A stretch of DNA of 64,000 nt from positions 3,232,001 to 3,296,000 of the forward strand of contig OZ255721.1 in NCBI GenBank assembly GCA_965277285.1, given 5' to 3'. The stretch's first letter is position 1. Each line of letters begins with the position of its first letter. Both the position numbers and the translations under genes were made by a program. Below the pieces are notes generated by a model that saw nothing but the letters and a program-made list of their open reading frames with translations, ran no database searches and had not been told where the DNA came from. Positions 58,849 to 64,000 of the stretch are shown here, piece after piece. Source of the stretch: Abditibacteriaceae bacterium (GTDB taxonomy: Bacteria > Armatimonadota > Abditibacteriia > Abditibacteriales > Abditibacteriaceae).

Positions 58849-58920
58849 AGTTTGTCATTCTGAGCGCAGCGAAGAATCTGGCTGAAGTTAGATTCTTCGC
58901 TACGCTCAGAATGACAAACT
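58849..58920. repeat. TGTCATTCTGAG-family inverted repeat, copy 6
   Basis: agtttgtcattctgagcgcagcgaagaatct...agattcttcgctacgctcagaatgacaaact. Confidence 0.88.
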
Positions 58921-58995
58921 TCCACTTACAAGCGTTTTTGGCACTTTGTTTACAACCTCTGAGCGCAGCAATGCCGAGGAAGTTCGAGTACTCGA

Positions 58996-60927
58996 TTAGC
59001 GGGTTTTCTTTGGTTTGGTGACTTTTGCGATGGTTTGAGGAAAGGCGGCTTCGAGGATTTTTTTGGCGATGGGTCCCGCGTTATCGACGCCGTGACCGGA
59101 GTTTTCGACGATGACGGCGATGGCGATGGTCGGGTTTTTGTAGGGCGCGAAGCAGACGAACCAGGCGTGCGGCAGCGTGTTGTGCGCGTCTTCGGCGCTG
59201 CCGGTTTTGCCCGCGACTTCGATGTTGGGCAACGCAATCGGCCTGCCGGTTCCGCTGGTTACGACGGCGCGCATTCCGTTGCGCACCATATCGAGGTAAC
59301 GGCGCTCGATGCCGACGCTTTGGCCTTTGGGCTGGAAGCGTTCGAGTACTCGATTGCCGCTTGGGTCGCGCATTTCGCGCAAAAGATGCGGCTGCCAGAG
59401 CGTTCCGCCGTTGGCGACGGCGCCCGTGGCGAGCGCCATTTGCAGCGGCGTCGCCAGGACATCGCCCTGACCGATGCTCATGTTGAGCGTATTTCCCGCA
59501 TACCAGTGCGCCATGTCGGGGTTTTTGGGGAAACGCTTTTTGCGCCACGCCGGATCGGGAATCAGGCCGCGCTGATCAATTGGCAAGTCGATATTGGTCG
59601 CTTCACCCAGACCGAAACGGCGCGCGACTTTGGCCAGATAGGTCGGGCCGCTGCTTTCGGGATCTCCCATTCTGAGGGCGCTTTGATAAAAGAACACGTC
59701 GCACGATTTGGCGAGCGCACCGGTCAAGTTTTCAGCGCCATGAACCTGCCAGCATTTGAAATAGCGTCCCAATTTGAGGCCGCCAGTGCAAACGTAAACC
59801 GTGTTCTGCGTGATGGTTCCCTGCTGCAAACCCGCCGAAGCGGTGATCATTTTGAAAGTCGAGCCAGGCGGAAAACGACTTGTCACGGCGCGGTTGATAA
59901 GCGGATGTTTCGGGTCTTGATTAAGTTGCAGCCAGACTTTCTGGAACTGTGCCTTGGGCAAGCCGAAGATATTCGGATCGAAAGTCGGGCGCGATGCGAG
60001 TGCCAAAACTTCGCCGTTGCGCGGATCAATGACCGCCGCGGCACCGCTATTTTTCGCTTGATCGAGGGCGTTTTCGGCGGCTTTTTGCAGTTTCGCATTG
60101 AGACTGAGAACCAAAGTGTGGCCGGGAACTTCGGGTTTCAGGCCGCGTTGCTCGATTGGGCGACCGCGCGCGTCCACTTCAAATTGTTGCGCGCCGCTGG
60201 TTCCGGCCAGCATCGTATCGTATTCTTTTTCCAACCCAATTTTGCCGATCACGTCGTCGTATTTCAGGTCGCGGACGGGCTTTCGAGTACTCGAATTGAC
60301 AGGCGTCAGTGCAGCGTCGCGCGATTTTTCCAGATCGTCGGCTGTCACCATTCCGCTGTAGCCCAAAACGTGCGCCGCCATTTTTCCATTGGGATAAACG
60401 CGCGTCAGGTCGTCAGTGACGAGAACGGCAGGCCCGAGACGCGCCTTGTTTTCTTCGATGCGCGTAATGGTGTGCAGATCGACATCGACCGGCAGATGAA
60501 CCGGATCATAAGGCCGCCCGCCTTTTTCGCGCGCGTCGGTAATTTGCGCTTCGATTTGCAGCGGCGACATTCCGATCAGAAACCCCAGCGTTTGCAAAAT
60601 GCCGTTGCGACCTTGCGGATCGCGGCGCGCGGAGGGCAATGCGGCAGGAACAACCGCGACCGAATGAGAGGCGCGCGAAGTCGCTAAGACGACACCGTTG
60701 CGGTCGAGAATAAGGCCGCGCGGCGCGGAAATCGGCACGTCGCGCGTTTGATTGTGGTGCGCCTGCGCGAGGAAATCAGCGCCGTGCGCGACTTGCAAAA
60801 ACCACAGGCGCGCCAGCAAAAGCGAAAAGACGACGACCAGTACGCCGCCGCACATCCAGGCGCGACGACGCACCATTTGCGGCTCGACAATCGTCCATCC
60901 ACCTTTCTCACGGTAAGTGCGAATCAT
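58996..60927 (-). CDS. mrdA: Penicillin-binding protein 2 (class B)
   Basis: LARLWFLQV, APRGLILDRNG, PPGSTFK (SxxK), SCDVFFY, AGKTGSA, HAWF; start uncertain. Confidence 0.93.
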   Translation of the reverse strand: MIRTYREKGGWTIVEPQMVRRRAWMCGGVLVVVFSLLLARLWFLQVAHGADFLAQAHHNQTRDVPISAPRGLILDRNGVVLATSRASHSVAVVPAALPSARRDPQGRNGILQTLGFLIGMSPLQIEAQITDAREKGGRPYDPVHLPVDVDLHTITRIEENKARLGPAVLVTDDLTRVYPNGKMAAHVLGYSGMVTADDLEKSRDAALTPVNSSTRKPVRDLKYDDVIGKIGLEKEYDTMLAGTSGAQQFEVDARGRPIEQRGLKPEVPGHTLVLSLNAKLQKAAENALDQAKNSGAAAVIDPRNGEVLALASRPTFDPNIFGLPKAQFQKVWLQLNQDPKHPLINRAVTSRFPPGSTFKMITASAGLQQGTITQNTVYVCTGGLKLGRYFKCWQVHGAENLTGALAKSCDVFFYQSALRMGDPESSGPTYLAKVARRFGLGEATNIDLPIDQRGLIPDPAWRKKRFPKNPDMAHWYAGNTLNMSIGQGDVLATPLQMALATGAVANGGTLWQPHLLREMRDPSGNRVLERFQPKGQSVGIERRYLDMVRNGMRAVVTSGTGRPIALPNIEVAGKTGSAEDAHNTLPHAWFVCFAPYKNPTIAIAVIVENSGHGVDNAGPIAKKILEAAFPQTIAKVTKPKKTR

Positions 60928-60930
60928 AAT

Positions 60931-61038
60931 GTAGGGGCGAAGCATGCTTCGCCCGCGCTTTGACGAATCGAGTACTCGATACCAGCATTGTGTGACATCA
61001 ATGCGGCATCAAAGGGCGAAGCATGCTTCGCCCCCACA
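60931..61038. repeat. GTAG-type REP doublet with TCGAGTACTCGA in its spacer
   Basis: gtaggggcgaagcatgcttcgccc ... gggcgaagcatgcttcgcccccac; palindrome at 60968. Confidence 0.78.
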
Positions 61039-61039
61039 G

Positions 61040-61444
61040 TCAGTCTTCCAGCGGGTCGAGCAGCGCGTCGGCGGGAATTCCGGTGCCTTCCAGATCGCCT
61101 TCTTCCAAATCTTCGATGTCGATTTCGCCGGGCGTGTCGGATGCGATCATGTCGGGCGCGTGAATGTGGTCGTGCGAAGGGCCGCCGTCGGTCAATTCTT
61201 CGTCCAGGTCGCTTTCTAAGACTTCGCGGTAGCCTTCGCCTTCGGGCAAATCAGCGTCGAGATCGCTTTCGACCGGATCATCCAAATCGGCGCTGAGAAT
61301 GTCTTTATCGACCGCATTTTCCAGCGCATCGTCGTTCAAAGCCGAGGCGTTTTTGGTTTCATCCGTCGTTCGCTGCAAAGGCGCGGCTTCCAGATCGCGG
61401 AATTCGCCTTTGGACATATTGCCAAATTTCTTGTCGTCGTTCAT
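61040..61444 (-). CDS. Highly acidic hypothetical protein
   Basis: 134 aa, roughly one third D/E; AAGGAG RBS. Confidence 0.7.
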   Translation of the reverse strand: MNDDKKFGNMSKGEFRDLEAAPLQRTTDETKNASALNDDALENAVDKDILSADLDDPVESDLDADLPEGEGYREVLESDLDEELTDGGPSHDHIHAPDMIASDTPGEIDIEDLEEGDLEGTGIPADALLDPLED

Positions 61445-61653
61445 TCGTTTTCTCCTTCTCTTTCCTCAAGTCGTGCATTCCATTATAGCGAAACAGGCGC
61501 AAAATCGTGCGAGGTCAGGCGCATTTTTATGTGCCTTTCAAACGTTCCACAAACGCTTGTGCAACCTTTCACAGAGTGATAGAATAGCGCGGGTGCAGGT
61601 CGTCCCCGGATTTTTGCGCGCCCGCATCGAGTACTCGAAAAGGAATTGTTCCG

Positions 61654-62178
61654 TTGGCTGAATCTCTTGTTTTTTGCGTTGCGGCTTTGCTCACGCTCGG
61701 CTCGGCTGTGATGGTGATTTTGAATCGCCATCCGGTGCATTCGGCGCTGTTTCTGGTGCTCACCTTTTTGGGCCTGGCGATATTCTTCCTGCAATTACAC
61801 GCGCCGTTTCTGGCCGCCGTGCAAGTCATCGTTTACGCGGGCGCCATTATGGTGTTGTTCGTTTTCGTCATCATGCTGCTGGGCGAAGACAAACCTTTGC
61901 CATCTGAACGGCATCTGGGCGTTCAACTTCCGCTGGCGGTTGGGTTTCTTCTGTTCCTCGCGGCGGAGATCGGTTATCTGGTGTTTCGTCGCCCAACAGC
62001 GAACATCGCTGCGCCGCCGATGGTGCGCACAATTGGCAACGAAGACGTTTTGTTTGGCAGCGTCAAGGCGCTGGGAAATACGCTGTTTACCAATTATCTG
62101 TTCGCCTTTGAAGCGACTTCGGTCGTGCTGCTGATTGCGATGGTCGGCGTTGTGGTTCTGGCGAAGAAACGACTTTAA
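61654..62178 (+). CDS. nuoJ: NADH-quinone oxidoreductase subunit J
   Basis: HPVHSALFL, AAVQVIVYAGAIMVLFVFVIML, YLFAFEATSVVLLIAMVG. Confidence 0.95.
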   Translation: MAESLVFCVAALLTLGSAVMVILNRHPVHSALFLVLTFLGLAIFFLQLHAPFLAAVQVIVYAGAIMVLFVFVIMLLGEDKPLPSERHLGVQLPLAVGFLLFLAAEIGYLVFRRPTANIAAPPMVRTIGNEDVLFGSVKALGNTLFTNYLFAFEATSVVLLIAMVGVVVLAKKRL

Positions 62179-62310
62179 CCGCCAGGGATGAGGTAAAAGG
62201 GACGAGGGACGAGTGTTCGCCGTCAGAGACATTTCACAATCGAGTACTCGAATCGTCGCATTAGCTTGAAAACTCATCTCTCATCCGTTTTACCTCATTC
62301 CTTCTCATTT

Positions 62311-62610
62311 ATGCCTACACTTTATTATCTTGCGGTGAGCGCGCTGTTGTTCACGATTGGCGTTTTAGGCGTTCTTATTCGGCGCAATGCGATCATCATT
62401 TTTATGTGCATCGAGATGATGCTGAACGCGGCGAACCTGGTGTTTGTGGCCACAGCGCGCGAGCTTCATCAAATGCAAGGTCAAACCTTTGTCTTTTTCG
62501 TGATGACGATTGCGGCCGCCGAAGTCGCGGTTGGCCTGGCGATTATTATTACGCTGTTCCGCAACCGCGAAACCATCGACGTGGACGAAGTGAATCTTTT
62601 GAAATTGTAA
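62311..62610 (+). CDS. nuoK: NADH-quinone oxidoreductase subunit K
   Basis: [35 protein letters not shown]. Confidence 0.96.
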   Translation: MPTLYYLAVSALLFTIGVLGVLIRRNAIIIFMCIEMMLNAANLVFVATARELHQMQGQTFVFFVMTIAAAEVAVGLAIIITLFRNRETIDVDEVNLLKL

Positions 62611-62653
62611 GCTGCGCGAATCGAGTACTCGATTCGCTTTTCACTGACTTTTT

Positions 62654-64000
62654 ATGCCTCTTTTTCTTATCGTTTTATTGCCGCTCCTCGGATTTCTCAT
62701 CAACGGCATCTTTGGCGCAAAGCTGAAGAAACCGCTGCCCGGAATTATCGCGTCGCTGGCGGTTTTGGCAGCGTTTGGCGTCGCAGTTATCAACTTTTTG
62801 AGTTTGTCGCAGATGCCAGAAAGTGGGCGTCAAATCGCGCAAACGGCTTATACGTGGATGAACGTTGGCACTTTCAAAGTCGATGTCGGGTTTTTGCTCG
62901 ATCCGCTTTCCGGCGTGATGATTTTGATTGTGACCGGCATCGGTTTCCTGATTCATCTCTATTCCATCGGCTACATGGCCGAAGATCATAATGATCCCGA
63001 AAGCAAACTTTACGCGCGCTACTTCACGTTTTTGAACTTGTTCATCGCGTTTATGACGCTGCTGATTCTGGCTGACAACTACCTTTTGATGTTCGTCGGC
63101 TGGGAAGGCGTCGGCCTGTGTTCCTATTTCCTGATCGGTTACTGGTTCAAGCGCGAAGACGCGGCGGCGGCCAGCAAAAAAGCGTTCATCGTCAACCGCA
63201 TCGGCGACATGGGCTTTTTGCTGGGCATGACCTTGATTTTCCTGACGACTGGAACGCTGAAGTATTTCAACGGCGGACAGGGCGTTCTGGATCGCGTTGG
63301 CAAAGATTTGGGCGTTTTTAGTACAGGTTTTGCGACGGATTACGCACATATGTTCGGTCTCAGCGGCGTGGCATTGATCACAATTTTGCTGTTCATCGGA
63401 TGCTGCGGAAAATCGGCGCAATTGCCTCTTTATACGTGGCTGCCAGACGCGATGGCTGGCCCGACGCCGGTTTCGGCCCTCATTCACGCTGCGACGATGG
63501 TGACGGCGGGCGTTTATATTTGCGCTCGTTCCGCTGCGTTGTTCGACATGGCGCCGGAAACCAAATTGATTATCGCGGTCGTTGGCGCTTTGACGGCAGT
63601 CATCGCCGGATTAACGGCACTCGCGCACAACGACATCAAGAAAGTTTTGGCGTACTCGACGGTTTCGCAGTTGGGAATTATGTTCGTCGGCATCGGTGCG
63701 GGCGCTTATTCCGCGGCGATTTTCCATGTTCTGACGCACGCGTTTTTCAAGGCGTGCTTGTTCTTAGGCGCCGGAAGCGTGATTCACGCTTTGCATGGCG
63801 AGCAGGATATGCGCAAAATGGGCGGCCTGAAAGCGAAAATGAAGATGACCAACATCACGTTTTTGCTGTCGGGCTTGGCGTTGGCGGGCGCGGTGCCGTT
63901 TTCCGGCTTCTTCTCCAAAGACGAAATCATCGGACAGGCTTTCAATTTGGGCGGCGTTTATCAAATTATCGCCTTTGCGATGTTGGCCGTCGCCTTTATT
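62654..64000 (+). CDS. nuoL: NADH-quinone oxidoreductase subunit L (runs off window end)
   Basis: Manual translation from ATG 62654: LLPLLGFLING..LDPLS..IHLYSIGYM..FVGWEGVGLCSYFLIGYW..KAFIVNRIGD..GKSAQLPLYTWLPDAMAGPTPVSALIHAATMV. Confidence 0.96.
   Translation, partial: MPLFLIVLLPLLGFLINGIFGAKLKKPLPGIIASLAVLAAFGVAVINFLSLSQMPESGRQIAQTAYTWMNVGTFKVDVGFLLDPLSGVMILIVTGIGFLIHLYSIGYMAEDHNDPESKLYARYFTFLNLFIAFMTLLILADNYLLMFVGWEGVGLCSYFLIGYWFKREDAAAASKKAFIVNRIGDMGFLLGMTLIFLTTGTLKYFNGGQGVLDRVGKDLGVFSTGFATDYAHMFGLSGVALITILLFIGCCGKSAQLPLYTWLPDAMAGPTPVSALIHAATMVTAGVYICARSAALFDMAPETKLIIAVVGALTAVIAGLTALAHNDIKKVLAYSTVSQLGIMFVGIGAGAYSAAIFHVLTHAFFKACLFLGAGSVIHALHGEQDMRKMGGLKAKMKMTNITFLLSGLALAGAVPFSGFFSKDEIIGQAFNLGGVYQIIAFAMLAVAFI

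Larger units (their letters stand above)
1275..62632. repeat. Dispersed highly iterated palindrome TCGAGTACTCGA (about 54 exact copies, about 20 near-copies)
   Basis: Exact copies start at about 1275, 4718, 5634, 6632, 7823, 8693, 8945, 9622, 10553, 11635, 12935, 13488, 13946, 14824, 15681, 16062, 18039, 22471, 24878, 27116, 29975, 32313, 33964, 34414, 35461, 37693, 38701, 39342, 39822, 40401, 41082, 42668, 45298, 45895, 46310, 47137, 47506, 48730, 49504, 50230, 50710, 53269, 53962, 54540, 55309, 56376, 58192, 58984, 59342, 60283, 60968, 61627, 62240, 62621 (manual count). Confidence 0.98.

Noticed and set aside
28623..58920. CRISPR array
   Set aside because: The repeats are dispersed inverted pairs, not direct repeats with regular 30-40 bp spacers; no cas genes are seen.
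59035..60687. Long antisense ORFs (also 27105-28430, 44201-45229, 51358-52413, 42710-43675)
   Set aside because: Shadow frames of well-supported genes in GC-rich DNA with no recognisable motifs.
1275..62632. 12-mer as an assembly, adapter or linker artefact
   Set aside because: Copies keep reading frames intact, encode plausible residues in conserved proteins, have a graded cloud of mismatched variants and are built into locus-specific hairpins. Only raw reads could exclude an artefact completely.
1..64000. Prophage, IS transposase or restriction-modification genes explaining the motif
   Set aside because: No ORF in the window shows transposase, integrase, phage structural or DNA methyltransferase motifs; any cognate factor must be encoded elsewhere or be among the unannotated ORFs.

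Overview
Bacterial chromosomal window, moderately GC-rich. It carries housekeeping genes (prs, a GlmU N-terminal-type NTP transferase, tRNA-Gln, rlmN, two amt, ispH, two TrkA-type genes plus a KimA-like APC permease, purH/purN, rpsB/tsf, rplU/rpmA, mutS, PBP2, nuoJKL), a Ser/Thr kinase-PP2C-vWA-FHA signalling cluster and scattered short AT-richer orphan genes. The dominant unexplained signal is a 12-bp palindrome, TCGAGTACTCGA, usually W-flanked. I counted about 54 exact copies by eye plus about 20 near-copies, roughly one per kb. It occurs between genes and inside conserved genes in all three reading frames (SSTR, RVLE/RVLD, EYS), forms the core of terminators, sits just upstream of ribosome-binding sites and brackets several foreign-looking genes. 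It behaves like a HIP1-type highly iterated palindrome of a sequence I do not recognise as described. At least three further REP/REPIN-like families and several heptamer/9-mer inverted-repeat elements are present, one apparently inserted in frame into mutS. No CRISPR array, transposase, integrase or prophage is evident. All calls come from reading the sequence and ORF track; no searches were run.
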